This document shows, piece after piece, positions 17,916 to 28,430 of a DNA stretch of 64,000 nt; position 1 is the first letter of the stretch; each line of letters begins with the position of its first letter. The notes under the pieces are model-generated. The model saw only the letters and a program-made list of their open reading frames with translations. It made no database searches and was not told the DNA's origin. Origin of the DNA: a virus; the IMG/VR virus record IMGVR_UViG_3300037087_000150, positions 1 to 64,000 of that record, one strand, 5' to 3'. Made by a program: the position numbers and the translations under genes.

Positions 17916-18274
17916 AATTCATTACTATTAATTGGGAAAAACTTAATATCATGGAGATATATCTTCACATTGATAGTAATTTCTTTGATCGTTTCATTAA
18001 AACTACCAAAGAAGCAATGTCTATTTTTTCTCCATATTCTCCAACTTATAACCCAGAAATCATGAGAAATTTTCCGTACAAGAAATTCAACAGATATGTT
18101 TTTATTTCATACATTATTCGTAAAAATTTTGTTCTTATCAAAACAGCTCTTGGTACATATCATTTCCGTTGGGTTAAATCATTGAATACCACAGTGAGTA
18201 TTCATGGTGAGAATGTCCTGTTAACTAATCCCCCAGAATGGATTCAAATCGTCCATTTAGTCGAAACTAAGTAA
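17912..18274 (+). CDS. Hypothetical protein
   Basis: ATGA-coupled 120-aa ORF. Confidence 0.6.
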   Translation: MKFITINWEKLNIMEIYLHIDSNFFDRFIKTTKEAMSIFSPYSPTYNPEIMRNFPYKKFNRYVFISYIIRKNFVLIKTALGTYHFRWVKSLNTTVSIHGENVLLTNPPEWIQIVHLVETK

Positions 18275-18277
18275 AAA

Positions 18278-18799
18278 TTATAAGGTAAGGAAAGAATAGT
18301 ATTTGTAATTCTTCAATTTATTTTTACCATTCAAATCGGAAAGTTCAATAATAAAGGATATTGACACGACAGTTGCTCCGAGTTTTTCCACAAGTTTTAT
18401 AGCAGCTTCCATTGTTCCACCAGTTCCAAGAAGATCATCGTGTAAATGAACCCTCATTCCCGGCTTAATTATTTCTGGGGAAGCGGAAATTTTGTCAGTC
18501 CCATATTCAAGTTCATACTCTTGTACGATATAAGGTGGGGGAAGTTTACCAGCTTTACGAATCATTCCAAAACCGATATCGAGTTTATCAGATATCATCG
18601 GACCCAATAAGAATCCCCGTGCATCCAAACCACAAACAATATCAAGATTATCTTCCTGAAGTTCTTTTACGATGTCCTGAACGATGTAACGATATGCAGG
18701 TGGATAATTCAAAACAGGTGAAATATCCTTAAAATGAACACCAGATTTCGGGAAATCAATTACATCCCTCAATAGATTTTTTACAAATTCTTTTGTCAT
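18278..18799 (-). CDS. apt: Adenine phosphoribosyltransferase
   Basis: DFPKSGVHFKDISP, GLDARGF, RKAGKLP, YELEYG, DDLLGTGGT. Confidence 0.95.
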   Translation of the reverse strand: MTKEFVKNLLRDVIDFPKSGVHFKDISPVLNYPPAYRYIVQDIVKELQEDNLDIVCGLDARGFLLGPMISDKLDIGFGMIRKAGKLPPPYIVQEYELEYGTDKISASPEIIKPGMRVHLHDDLLGTGGTMEAAIKLVEKLGATVVSISFIIELSDLNGKNKLKNYKYYSFLTL

Positions 18800-19038
18800 G
18801 AAAATATATTTGATACAACAAAGTTAAGAAGAATTTTTATATAAAAAAAATTAATATAAAATTCATCTGAAAGTCAAGTGTTTACTGATATTTACAAAAA
18901 AGCGATATTTAGCGATTAATATATAAATATTGTATGATAAAACTTAATCGTACCCAAATATTCAAGACATATTTACCGAGATCTCCCCAAAAGGAAGGTG
19001 TCGGTTTTTTTGTCTCGAACAAAAAAAAATCTCATAAC

Positions 19039-19803
19039 ATGGCTAAGAGTAAGAACAATTATCTACATCATGTGGTCGAAGATGAAATTGTAGAAGAATT
19101 TTCAAACAGGACAAAAGACTTTGTGTTTGGTAAGAAACAATATGCTGAAACATTGTTAAAGAAAATCAATTTGAAATGTAAGAATCAAAGACAGAAAGAG
19201 TTTTTACATTTAATTGATGAAAATGAAATTACAATTTGTATTGGTGATTCGGGTGTGGGGAAGTCCTACTTATCAATCGCGAAAGCATTGGAGTTATTTA
19301 AAGATTCCTCCAATAATTATGATAGAATATATATCATCACTCCAATTGTTGAAATTGAAGAATCTATTGGGTATTTGAAAGGAAGTTTAACGGAAAAAAT
19401 GGACCCATATTTATATTCTATTTATTATTTGATGGATAAGATAATAGGGGAAGATACAAGAAAAAAATTGGTAGAAAGTGAAATTATAAAACCATTATGT
19501 TTAAGTTATTTAAGAGGGGTAAATTTAGATAACTGCATAACAATTTGTGATGAAGCCCAGAATATGAGTGTCAAAGGGATCAAAACACTACTCACTCGTA
19601 TTGGATATAATTCAAAATTCATTGTTTCTGGGGATGTAAATCAAATAGACAAATTCAAAAAAATAGAAGATAGTGGACTAAAATTTATCTATGAAAAATT
19701 AAATGGGATCAAGGGGATTGGTTTCATTGAATTTGGAATAGAAGATATTGTTCGAAATCCTCTAATTGGGGAAATGTTGGATAAATTTAATGGTAATACA
19801 TAA
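19039..19803 (+). CDS. phoH: PhoH-like ATPase
   Basis: GDSGVGKS, GYLKGSLTEK, YLRG, DEAQN, LLTRIG, GDVNQID, DIVRNPL; start at ATG 19039 preferred. Confidence 0.92.
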   Translation: MAKSKNNYLHHVVEDEIVEEFSNRTKDFVFGKKQYAETLLKKINLKCKNQRQKEFLHLIDENEITICIGDSGVGKSYLSIAKALELFKDSSNNYDRIYIITPIVEIEESIGYLKGSLTEKMDPYLYSIYYLMDKIIGEDTRKKLVESEIIKPLCLSYLRGVNLDNCITICDEAQNMSVKGIKTLLTRIGYNSKFIVSGDVNQIDKFKKIEDSGLKFIYEKLNGIKGIGFIEFGIEDIVRNPLIGEMLDKFNGNT

Positions 19804-19807
19804 CAAG

Positions 19808-19840
19808 AAACCCCAGAAAATTCTGGGGTTTTCTTTTTTT
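19808..19840 (+). terminator. Intrinsic terminator
   Basis: AAACCCCAGAA-AA-TTCTGGGGTTT followed by T-runs. Confidence 0.8.
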
Positions 19841-19999
19841 CTTTTTTCAATTGAATTCTCACTGATAAAATTTTAATTTTTTGATATCCATCATGTTAAA
19901 AAAATTAACAAAGAATTATTCTAAATTAACCTTTTTCTTGAAAAATAATTCAATATATATTGATGTAAAAATGAAATAAAAATAATAATAAAATACATA

Positions 20000-21055
20000 A
20001 TGAAAAATAACAAAAAAATAAAAATCCTTTTTGTCTTGAAAGACAGATTTTACAATAAATCCCATTCAAAATCATATGGATTAATAAATTCATCGAAACA
20101 GGTTGCTATGTTTTTGGAAAAAATGGGATATGAATGTAAAATAGCACAGGTCGTAGATGGAAACTTTATTGACAAGGAAGTATTCGAATTCAATCCCAAC
20201 ATCGTTATTATCGAAGCGTTGTGGGTATCTGGTGATAAAATGAAAGAACTTATAGAAATTCCAAGATATAAAAATATTAAGTGGGTAGTTAGAGTTCATA
20301 GTGATATTGGATTTCTAAGTGCTGAAACATTAGCTTTAAAATATGTTGATGATTATATCAATTTAGCAAAAGACAATTTATTTGTATCTTGTAATAATCT
20401 GGAGTTCAACTATTATTTATCAAAAACCTTACATTACGATTTTACTTATTTACCGAATATTATTGAAATGAAATTCAAACAACCATACGAGGAATATAAA
20501 CCTTATATGAATGTAGCTTGTTTTGGATCTTTGAGATTATTAAAAAATCAATGTTACCAAGCCATATGTGCCATGGAAGCAGCTGATAAAATAGGTAAAA
20601 GATTAAGATTCCATGTGACTATTGATGTTGATATTGATAACAAAACTGAAATTACAAATCCAGTATTAAAAAATCTGGAAGAATTATTTGAGGGAAGTTA
20701 TCATGAATTAGTAAAGCACAATTGGTTGGAAAACGATGATTTTCAACATTTAATCAGACATATGGATATTGGACTCCAATTGTCTTATACAGAAAGTTTC
20801 AATATTGTAGCTGCTGATTTTGTAAAAGAGGGTGTTCCTATTATTGTGAGTGATGCTATTAAATGGATGCCGAGTATATTCAAAACATCCACAGTTAAAT
20901 ATCATGAAACAATAAAGAAAATAATTCAAATTTATAGAGTAAGAAAAAGTGGAATCCTTAGATGGTGGTCAAGACGAAATCTTTTCATCTATAATGAAAG
21001 TGCCAAAAGAGATTGGTTGATTTTTATAAATAGATTTGAAAAACACGAACATTAA
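20000..21055 (+). CDS. Glycosyltransferase (GT-B, family 4-like)
   Basis: FGSLRLLKNQ, SYTESFNIVAADFVKEGVPIIVS. Confidence 0.8.
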   Translation: MKNNKKIKILFVLKDRFYNKSHSKSYGLINSSKQVAMFLEKMGYECKIAQVVDGNFIDKEVFEFNPNIVIIEALWVSGDKMKELIEIPRYKNIKWVVRVHSDIGFLSAETLALKYVDDYINLAKDNLFVSCNNLEFNYYLSKTLHYDFTYLPNIIEMKFKQPYEEYKPYMNVACFGSLRLLKNQCYQAICAMEAADKIGKRLRFHVTIDVDIDNKTEITNPVLKNLEELFEGSYHELVKHNWLENDDFQHLIRHMDIGLQLSYTESFNIVAADFVKEGVPIIVSDAIKWMPSIFKTSTVKYHETIKKIIQIYRVRKSGILRWWSRRNLFIYNESAKRDWLIFINRFEKHEH

Positions 21056-21058
21056 ACA

Positions 21059-21085
21059 AAAAACCCAGAGAAATCTGGGTTTTTT
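21059..21085. terminator. Bidirectional terminator
   Basis: AAAAACCCAGA-GAAA-TCTGGGTTTTT between convergent genes. Confidence 0.8.
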
Positions 21086-21086
21086 A

Positions 21087-21431
21087 TTACATTTCTTTAC
21101 ATATTTCCTCAGCTCTTTTCAAACTGGTTATTCTATCTTCTAAATTCGTACTTCCCTTCCATACAGAATAATGATAACTACCATTTTTACAGTATTTTAT
21201 TTGATGTCCAGAACAACTTTTAATTGATTTGTATACGATTTTTCCATTTTTCAATGGCACCCATTCATCCAATTCGATCAAATAAGATCCGTTTTCATAT
21301 TCTAATATTTCACCCACTTTTCTTTCGAATTTCTTAGCTCCAGCTTGTTCTGCTTTTTTCTTAGAATCCGATACACTTTCGGTTACAATATTTTCATTTA
21401 TAAATTGAGTATACCCTTTTAAATTTTTCAT
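21087..21431 (-). CDS. Putative virion internal protein (MKNLKGYTQFINE)
   Basis: CTS-like N-terminus. Confidence 0.65.
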   Translation of the reverse strand: MKNLKGYTQFINENIVTESVSDSKKKAEQAGAKKFERKVGEILEYENGSYLIELDEWVPLKNGKIVYKSIKSCSGHQIKYCKNGSYHYSVWKGSTNLEDRITSLKRAEEICKEM

Positions 21432-21447
21432 CGTCTTATATTAATTT

Positions 21448-21948
21448 TTAAATTTGTTTTGTCCAGATATAATATCCATCTTTTTCTCCCTTATATTGGA
21501 AGTCTGAAATTGTGGTAACTATTTTAGCTATTTCTTCAATGGTTAAAATATTATCGAAAGTGAACTTCAAATCTTCTTTATTGATAAAGGAAAGGGGTTT
21601 TACATTAACACCGAAGATGTTTAAACTATTTGGTAGATTGGTATAAAACTCAGAAATAGATAGATTAGAAATGTTATTTTTAACTGTTTCTTCGATTTCT
21701 TGCTTACCAAGGATTAAAACTCTGAATTGAACTCTACCTGAATTTAAGATATCACCAGTTAAATCATTAACCTTATAGATATGATTCTTCACATCTTCAT
21801 CATCAATGTAGTTTTCAAAGGTATTGAAATATGAGGCCACCATAGTTTTATGACCCTTATCAGCTGGTTTCAGACCAGTAGTTAGTTCACCAATCTTTAT
21901 ACCGGGAATGTTGAAAGATTCATTAAATTGTTTCCAATTCTTAATCAT
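21448..21948 (-). CDS. Putative virion internal protein (MIKNWKQFNE)
   Basis: CTS-like N-terminus; late motif at 21970-21979. Confidence 0.65.
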   Translation of the reverse strand: MIKNWKQFNESFNIPGIKIGELTTGLKPADKGHKTMVASYFNTFENYIDDEDVKNHIYKVNDLTGDILNSGRVQFRVLILGKQEIEETVKNNISNLSISEFYTNLPNSLNIFGVNVKPLSFINKEDLKFTFDNILTIEEIAKIVTTISDFQYKGEKDGYYIWTKQI

Positions 21949-21983
21949 TTTAATTCACTTACTTTTCAGTATATATTAAAATG

Positions 21984-22859
21984 TCAAAACTGGTTTTTAT
22001 ATTCTTCTTTCGTTGGATAAATAAGAGAATCAATTTTAAAAGTGAAGTGACCATTTTCATTTACATTTTCATTTTTAAACACAAACCAAGTTTTATCAGT
22101 ATCATTCCAAAACGAAAACATATCTACCTTTTGATATCCCTTACTTGGAACATTTGGAAAACTTAAAAAATTGACATCTTTTATAATGGTAGTAAAACTT
22201 TTCGATTGTACGGAAAGATTGTCGGCCAAGAAGTCCTGACCATCTTTTATATCCTCGAATTGACCCATTTTACTTTTTTCGAAATGTTTATATCCTAAAA
22301 TTTTTTCGAAATGATTAATAGATTCATATTCGGCCATTTCACCCAGAAAATAAGTCCATGCCAAAGAACCCATTATTTCTGAAAATATTTCTGGATCATC
22401 ACCATATGGAGTTAAAATATTCTTCGATTCTATTATTAAATATTTTTCTAATAATCCCCAAGATAATCTATTGTTTTTCATGGTATTATTATCTATTCCA
22501 ATGGAAAAATTCAAATCAACATTATGCTTTTCCATTATATAGTCAACAATTATAGATGTAGTTGAATAATGAGTATCTATTTTATTCAATAAAGACCAAG
22601 GAGTATCCATCATATTGTATTCATCTCTGTAAAATTTTTCTTGTCTTTCACCTAAAACCATTTTAATATTTTCTAAGGAATATCCAGTATTTATTATCCC
22701 ATATCTATCCCCATTTAATTTATTCCATTTACCAAGAGGTAAATAAATACCTCTACATAATTTTTCTAAAATTGAATCAATGTATAATTGTCCAAAATTG
22801 GTATTTCTAATTTTAATTTGATAAAAATTATTTTTCCAAAAATCAGGATCGTATTTCAT
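21984..22859 (-). CDS. Hypothetical protein, possible PD-(D/E)xK nuclease
   Basis: GEMAE...EDIKDGQDF...SVQSK pattern. Confidence 0.5.
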   Translation of the reverse strand: MKYDPDFWKNNFYQIKIRNTNFGQLYIDSILEKLCRGIYLPLGKWNKLNGDRYGIINTGYSLENIKMVLGERQEKFYRDEYNMMDTPWSLLNKIDTHYSTTSIIVDYIMEKHNVDLNFSIGIDNNTMKNNRLSWGLLEKYLIIESKNILTPYGDDPEIFSEIMGSLAWTYFLGEMAEYESINHFEKILGYKHFEKSKMGQFEDIKDGQDFLADNLSVQSKSFTTIIKDVNFLSFPNVPSKGYQKVDMFSFWNDTDKTWFVFKNENVNENGHFTFKIDSLIYPTKEEYKNQF

Positions 22860-22868
22860 TAAATATTA

Positions 22869-23276
22869 TTACTTTATTTTTGTATGCGTCCTTCCATCCA
22901 TCCAGTATGATGCCGAACCATAATAAACTGTTATCTCAGTATTAGGTTCAATATCCTTAATTGTTTCAAAAATAAATATATCATTTTCTTCATCAGTATA
23001 CCACCAAGCATTGAAATTTTCGGAATGATTATAAATACAAGCCATTCCAAAAGGAATAACTTGTTTTCTCCAAGGACCTTTTCCAGATGGAAAATTGAAA
23101 CGATAATCAATAAAAAGTGATGATGATTCGTTTGGTGACATAGGAATTTCAATATATGGAACTTCTTCCAATATCTCCCCCTTATTTATATGTTCTCGTG
23201 CAAAAACTCCCCAGCGATGAATCGGTGAACGACGCATTTCAATTTTGGGATTAATATATAAAACATCTTTTATCAT
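22869..23276 (-). CDS. SET-domain methyltransferase
   Basis: SPIHRWGVFAREHINKGE, IYNHS, IEPNTEITVYYG. Confidence 0.9.
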   Translation of the reverse strand: MIKDVLYINPKIEMRRSPIHRWGVFAREHINKGEILEEVPYIEIPMSPNESSSLFIDYRFNFPSGKGPWRKQVIPFGMACIYNHSENFNAWWYTDEENDIFIFETIKDIEPNTEITVYYGSASYWMDGRTHTKIK

Positions 23277-24217
23277 ATGAATAACGGGTGATTTGTTTCT
23301 AATAAATCTTTGTATGTTTTATTTATACCTTCCTCTAATTTTATTTTCGGAAACCAACCCATTGACATTAACTTATTGGAATCCAGAAATTTTCTTGGTG
23401 TTCCATTTGGATATTTTATGTTAAAAATAATACGACCATCATAACCCACAATATCCTTAATTATCCAAGCTAAATCTTCAATCGTAATTTCTTGACCGCT
23501 ACCAACATTTATTACATCACCACTATCATAATTCTCCATTAAGAATAATGCAGCATCAGCCAAATCCGATACATGAAGAAATTCTCGTAATGGTGTACCA
23601 TCTCCCCAAAGTTCAACACAATCCAATCCTTGATTTTTTGCATCATGAAACTTTTTAATCATTCCCGGTAAAACATGGGAAGTTTTCGGATCGTAATTAT
23701 CATTTACACTACCATATAAATTAGTTGGCATTAATGAAATATAATTCGTTCCGTATTGAGAATTATATTTCTGACACATAATAATACCAGCAATCTTAGC
23801 AATGGCATATCCTTCATTGGTTTTTTCCAATGGGGATGTCAATAAATATTCTTCATTTATAGGTTGTGGACAATCCCTTGGATAAATACAACTTGATCCC
23901 AGAAATAATAGTTTCTTTACCTTATTCAAATAAGAGGAATGTATAATGTTTGTTTCTATCGTCAGATTAGAATAAATGAATTCAGCTGGATAAGTTAAAT
24001 TGGCATAAATACCACCTACTTTAGCGGCTGAAATAAAAACATAATCGGGTTTATATTTTTCAAAAAAATCTTCAACTTCATTTTGACGGGTGAGATCTAA
24101 ATCTGAATGAGTCATGGTTATTATATTGTTATAACCATCTTCCCTTAATTTTTTAACCAACTCAGACCCAACTAATCCTCTATGACCTGCTACATAGATT
24201 TTACTGTCTTTATTCAT
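23273..24217 (-). CDS. fcl: GDP-L-fucose synthase
   Basis: AGHRGLVGS, AAKVGGI, LGSSCIYP, YAIAK, WGDGTPLREFLHV. Confidence 0.95.
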   Translation of the reverse strand: MNKDSKIYVAGHRGLVGSELVKKLREDGYNNIITMTHSDLDLTRQNEVEDFFEKYKPDYVFISAAKVGGIYANLTYPAEFIYSNLTIETNIIHSSYLNKVKKLLFLGSSCIYPRDCPQPINEEYLLTSPLEKTNEGYAIAKIAGIIMCQKYNSQYGTNYISLMPTNLYGSVNDNYDPKTSHVLPGMIKKFHDAKNQGLDCVELWGDGTPLREFLHVSDLADAALFLMENYDSGDVINVGSGQEITIEDLAWIIKDIVGYDGRIIFNIKYPNGTPRKFLDSNKLMSMGWFPKIKLEEGINKTYKDLLETNHPLFI

Positions 24218-24228
24218 TCCATAGTCTC

Positions 24229-24345
24229 TTATTTTTTAAACAAAGATTGTAAAACCTCGATGTTTTTCTTTATGAGTTTTTTAATTGCTCTTTTGTTTTC
24301 TGGATTTTTTCTCCATCTTTTCGGTTGTTTTCTTGCTTTTCCCAT
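24229..24345 (-). CDS. Small basic peptide (38 aa)
   Basis: MGKARKQPKRWRKNPENKRAIKKLIKKNIEVLQSLFKK fills the operon gap. Confidence 0.55.
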   Translation of the reverse strand: MGKARKQPKRWRKNPENKRAIKKLIKKNIEVLQSLFKK

Positions 24346-24346
24346 T

Positions 24347-24667
24347 TTATTTTATTTTGTTTTTTAATTCATCTTGTAATCCTTTACAATCCATTGCTAA
24401 ATCTATAAATTCATTCCAGTTAAAATCAGGGCCAACACTTCCCAATTTATTATGAAGTTCGATCAACATATTTTTAGTTTGTTCCAGTATATAATTTTCA
24501 TCCATTTCTATACTGTTTTTATGCCAAAGTTTAAAATCATCACCATTTTTGAAACTATCAAGGATGGTCATATTTTCTAACTTACATCTATCTGGTAATC
24601 TATGTAAATCCAAAAACCAATTTACAAAATCAATTACCTTTTCATTTGTCCAGTGATACGGTTTCAT
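24347..24667 (-). CDS. Hypothetical protein
   Basis: 106-aa ORF in operon. Confidence 0.6.
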   Translation of the reverse strand: MKPYHWTNEKVIDFVNWFLDLHRLPDRCKLENMTILDSFKNGDDFKLWHKNSIEMDENYILEQTKNMLIELHNKLGSVGPDFNWNEFIDLAMDCKGLQDELKNKIK

Positions 24668-24669
24668 AT

Positions 24670-24930
24670 TTATAAATTTTTATAATTATATGGGTCATAA
24701 ATATTAATTGTATTTTTCATATTAAAAACCGAAACATGCATCAGTATTAAATCTGGTTTAGTTATAATATTTTCTATTCCACATTTAAATTGACTAACCA
24801 ATGTTTCTGTTTTATTAATCTTATCTAATAATATTTCATAACAGTATAAACCATTCAATACACTTTTATCAATATAATGAAGAGACTCATTCTTTCTTTT
24901 GCTTCCTGATAACAATAAATAATTTTCCAT
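24670..24930 (-). CDS. Hypothetical protein
   Basis: 86-aa ORF in operon. Confidence 0.55.
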   Translation of the reverse strand: MENYLLLSGSKRKNESLHYIDKSVLNGLYCYEILLDKINKTETLVSQFKCGIENIITKPDLILMHVSVFNMKNTINIYDPYNYKNL

Positions 24931-25355
24931 TATTCTTCCTCCTCGTATAATTTAATTTGTTTCAAATCCTTATCTAAATCCTTTTTAAAGAATTGAATTA
25001 AAAATTTCATTTCTTCATTATTCAAATTATATCTTTGTGCTATTTTATCGTAATCTTTATCTTTTTTGACTTTCGTGGTATCTTTCTTACTTTTTGTACT
25101 CCAATACCATCCGGGAATCCCTTTTTGATCTTTAAATACAATAAACCATTGATCAATAGCCATTGATTTATCAATGAATTTATTATTGAGTAATTGAGCT
25201 ATTTTTGGATATTTCTTAGCGAATTTTCTATTTATGATGAAAAACGAATTTATCTTGTCATCATCGGTTAGTTCACTGTATTTGTGTTTGTTCACGAAAA
25301 TACAATCAACTACCTCCATCCATTTATTCCAATCTGCCATATTTATTATAGTCAA
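24930..25355 (-). CDS. Probable clamp-loader small subunit (T4 gp62-like)
   Basis: FFIINRKF...LLN...W.K...IAQRYNL pattern and size recall gp62 homologues. Confidence 0.5.
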   Translation of the reverse strand: MTIINMADWNKWMEVVDCIFVNKHKYSELTDDDKINSFFIINRKFAKKYPKIAQLLNNKFIDKSMAIDQWFIVFKDQKGIPGWYWSTKSKKDTTKVKKDKDYDKIAQRYNLNNEEMKFLIQFFKKDLDKDLKQIKLYEEEE

Positions 25356-25370
25356 AAAATGATGAAATGT

Positions 25371-25739
25371 TTAACTTACAATAAATTCTACATTATATCC
25401 TTTGATGACAAATTCCAAAACTAAAATGTCTTGGACTGACCCCTCATAAACATTAATTGTCAATGTATATCCCATAGTATCCAGTTCGGGAATATAAGTA
25501 GTTATCTGATTTACAATCAAAGTACGGAGATCTTTTACGGAAACACTGGTTTGCCAAAGGTAAAATTCCAAATCAGCTCCAAAATCTGGCTGTCCATATA
25601 CTTCTCCCGTTCTCGTAAATAACAACATTTCTAATTTTTGAACGATGACATTTATAACATCGTTCTCAACCATCTTATTCACTACATATTTTACACTGTC
25701 TGTGCCCTTGATATAAAAATCTTTGAAATCTGGATTCAT
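25371..25739 (-). CDS. Baseplate wedge protein, gp25-like
   Basis: LLFTRTGEVYGQPDFGADLEFYLW; late motif at 25761-25770. Confidence 0.85.
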   Translation of the reverse strand: MNPDFKDFYIKGTDSVKYVVNKMVENDVINVIVQKLEMLLFTRTGEVYGQPDFGADLEFYLWQTSVSVKDLRTLIVNQITTYIPELDTMGYTLTINVYEGSVQDILVLEFVIKGYNVEFIVS

Positions 25740-25786
25740 CTTTGACTGACCTTTTCTTTATATATATTAAAAAATATCCGACCCAG

Positions 25787-26053
25787 ATGTTAAGTGTATC
25801 AGTTGTTGACTATATTGGAAAAATAAAAGATGGACTAGCTATTTTAATGTCCTTAAATGTTGATGATAAAATATATGAGCTAATTTTCTGGTTTAACAGA
25901 ACATTAAATTATACATTAACAGTTGATGAAAAATTGTTGACAGATTTGGGATTGGATAGTATTTATGATTATCCACATACCGATAAATTAATTGATCTGA
26001 TTTTCAAATCTCTCCCTCCAGTAAAAGATTTATTTAAAGAATTCAATATTTGA
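25787..26053 (+). CDS. Hypothetical protein
   Basis: ATG 25787 within the ORF-track frame. Confidence 0.55.
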   Translation: MLSVSVVDYIGKIKDGLAILMSLNVDDKIYELIFWFNRTLNYTLTVDEKLLTDLGLDSIYDYPHTDKLIDLIFKSLPPVKDLFKEFNI

Positions 26054-26108
26054 AAACATTTTTTTATTTCAGACAAATGTTGTATATTTGTTTCTCAAAT
26101 CTGAAACC

Positions 26109-27050
26109 ATGAGTGAAGAAATACAGAAAAGGTACAAAATAAATGAATCCTTGAAAAAGGTTGTTAATGATGTCCTTAATACAGATCCATTAGCAGTGGC
26201 TGAAGAAATAACTGGTGAAAGTTATAAGGAAAGTAAAGCCACCGCATCGCTTGGACTCCTTTTTCATATGGAAAATGCCAAGCAAAGAAAAGATCTCATG
26301 GAAGCAATGGGGGATGTCTGTTTTTCCGAATCTGTTGACAGTTACCTTAATAAAATTATGAAATTTGGTTTTAAAATTGTTCTTGAAACTCCTTTCATTA
26401 CTCATGATGATCATAATAATGGTAATCATGAAAAACAGTATATTCTTTTTCATTATGATTATTCAATTCTTCTTGTATTTGATACATACGGAGGAAAAAG
26501 TGTAAATGGAGGAAATTTTTATTTCAATTGGTCCCCCAATGATTTTTGTAATTATTCCAGTTTACATCATATGTCGGGTGGATTCGCTTCTCATGCATCT
26601 CACGGTGAATCTCGTAGAACCTATACTCATATTTGGAATCGTTGGACAAACGAAAACGATATCATCGTTTCTGATTTTTCACCTCACAAAATACCACAAT
26701 ATCTTTTGGATGGTGAGCCCGAATGGAATGATTTTTCTGATGATGGTTATAAAACATGGAAAATTCTTGATCGTGAATGGAACGAAAAGGTTATGTCGTA
26801 CATTAAAGAGCATAATCTTGGTTCAGTCTATGTTGGTCATAAAGATTGTAGGGAAGCTGTTCTTTTCAGTATTACCGACATGGTTGAAAATGGAATTTTT
26901 CTAAAAAAATGGGTTGATAGAGGATTTATTTGGTTGTGTCATCATGGGGAGACCACCGGCCAATATGATTCTAAAAGTATTTTCAAAGAAAGATTCGCTC
27001 AATTACCAAAGGATGTTCAAGACGCGATGACCCCAACTATTTTTGTATAA
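26109..27050 (+). CDS. Hypothetical protein
   Basis: ATG 26109 behind the TATATTTG box at 26083. Confidence 0.75.
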   Translation: MSEEIQKRYKINESLKKVVNDVLNTDPLAVAEEITGESYKESKATASLGLLFHMENAKQRKDLMEAMGDVCFSESVDSYLNKIMKFGFKIVLETPFITHDDHNNGNHEKQYILFHYDYSILLVFDTYGGKSVNGGNFYFNWSPNDFCNYSSLHHMSGGFASHASHGESRRTYTHIWNRWTNENDIIVSDFSPHKIPQYLLDGEPEWNDFSDDGYKTWKILDREWNEKVMSYIKEHNLGSVYVGHKDCREAVLFSITDMVENGIFLKKWVDRGFIWLCHHGETTGQYDSKSIFKERFAQLPKDVQDAMTPTIFV

Positions 27051-27065
27051 TTAAAACAATCCTAA

Positions 27066-27368
27066 TTATTCTGGTGGAAGATTCTCTTTGTAATCACCCA
27101 GAGTTTCTTTTTCTTCCTTATCTTTGAGATAGTTTAAATGATTTTTGAGGTATTCCCTTACATCTATGTGATATTGTTTCCTGCCTCTTTCCAAAGTAAA
27201 TATAGGTTTTCTTGTTCCTCTTATAAGAAATAGGGTTTTTCCAAATGGAACAATTATTGGTCCATAACCTGTCCATTCCGTAAATACAAGAGTTCCATCT
27301 TCTTTACGGTAATACTTTACATCCTCAATTCTTAAATTGAAATTTTTGGCTTTATCAATTTTCATCAA
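27066..27368 (-). CDS. Hypothetical protein
   Basis: 100-aa ORF; late motif at 27372-27381. Confidence 0.6.
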   Translation of the reverse strand: MMKIDKAKNFNLRIEDVKYYRKEDGTLVFTEWTGYGPIIVPFGKTLFLIRGTRKPIFTLERGRKQYHIDVREYLKNHLNYLKDKEEKETLGDYKENLPPE

Positions 27369-27377
27369 GAGTATATA

Positions 27378-28430
27378 TTAAACCGCATACTCAAGAATTT
27401 TTCCTGTAAAACTTTTTAATTCAATGCTATCTTCATCTTCACCGAGAATCGTTTCTGGATAAACTGGTATTTTTCCATATTTTGTATCAACGATAAATGT
27501 TGGAATTGCATATCCACTCGTGAATCCTCTTAATCCAGATATAATTTCAATACCTTTCTTAATAGTTGAACGGAAATGAGAAGAACCAAGAATTTTATCA
27601 CACGCGTAAATATAATATGGACTGACACGAATTTTTAATAATTCGTGCATCAATTTCTTCATGGTTTCAACATCATCATTGATCCCCTTTAATAAAACAG
27701 TTTGGCTTCTCAATGGAATACCAGCATCGGCTAATTTATTACAAGCGTCAGCACATTCTTTGGTTATTTCCAACGGATGGATGAAATGGATCGAAATATA
27801 AAGAGGGTGATACTTTTTCAACATATCACATAGTTCATCGGTAATCCTTTGTGGCATCACTACGGGAACTTTTGTACCAATACGAATCATCTCAACATGA
27901 TTTATATTCCTGACTTTTTTAAGAATATATTCTAAGCTTTCGGTTGACATTGTTAATGGATCACCACCAGATATCAAAACATCTCTTATCTCTGTATGAT
28001 TTCTGATATATTCAATACTATTATCTATTTGTTGTTTTGAATAATTGGTATGTCCACCCACTACTCTTGATCGGGTACAATAACGACAATAAGTTGAACA
28101 AAAATTTGTTACGGTAAATAACACTCTGTCTGGATATTTGTGAACTAAACAAGTTCCCTTAACACTATGTGCTTCTTCTTCCAATGGATCTTTGGATTCA
28201 TCTGGAGAATAAAATCTTTCATTTATTGTGGGAATAACTGTTTTTCTTAATATGCCTGTGGCATCGTTCTTAATCAAATTAAGAAAATAAGGAGTGATCC
28301 TTAGGGGTAGGTTTGAAATATTATCAATCTTTTCTTCTTCTAACAGATCTAATTCTATTTTTAAATCTTGTAACTTCTTCACGGAGTTGGATAGTTGCCA
28401 TTTCCAAGACTCCCAATCGTCTGTTTTCAT
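27378..28430 (-). CDS. kamA: Lysine 2,3-aminomutase (KamA-family radical SAM)
   Basis: WKWQL, HKYPDRVL, CSTYCRYCTR, SGGDPL, QTVLLKGINDD, SGYAIPTF, GKIP. Confidence 0.92.
   Translation of the reverse strand: MKTDDWESWKWQLSNSVKKLQDLKIELDLLEEEKIDNISNLPLRITPYFLNLIKNDATGILRKTVIPTINERFYSPDESKDPLEEEAHSVKGTCLVHKYPDRVLFTVTNFCSTYCRYCTRSRVVGGHTNYSKQQIDNSIEYIRNHTEIRDVLISGGDPLTMSTESLEYILKKVRNINHVEMIRIGTKVPVVMPQRITDELCDMLKKYHPLYISIHFIHPLEITKECADACNKLADAGIPLRSQTVLLKGINDDVETMKKLMHELLKIRVSPYYIYACDKILGSSHFRSTIKKGIEIISGLRGFTSGYAIPTFIVDTKYGKIPVYPETILGEDEDSIELKSFTGKILEYAV

Noticed and set aside
17495-28430. Pyrrolysine system (CUA tRNA plus radical SAM lysine mutase)
   Set aside because: The mutase is KamA-type, not PylB; the tRNAs have standard GG and TTC loops unlike tRNA-Pyl; no pylS/C/D in the window
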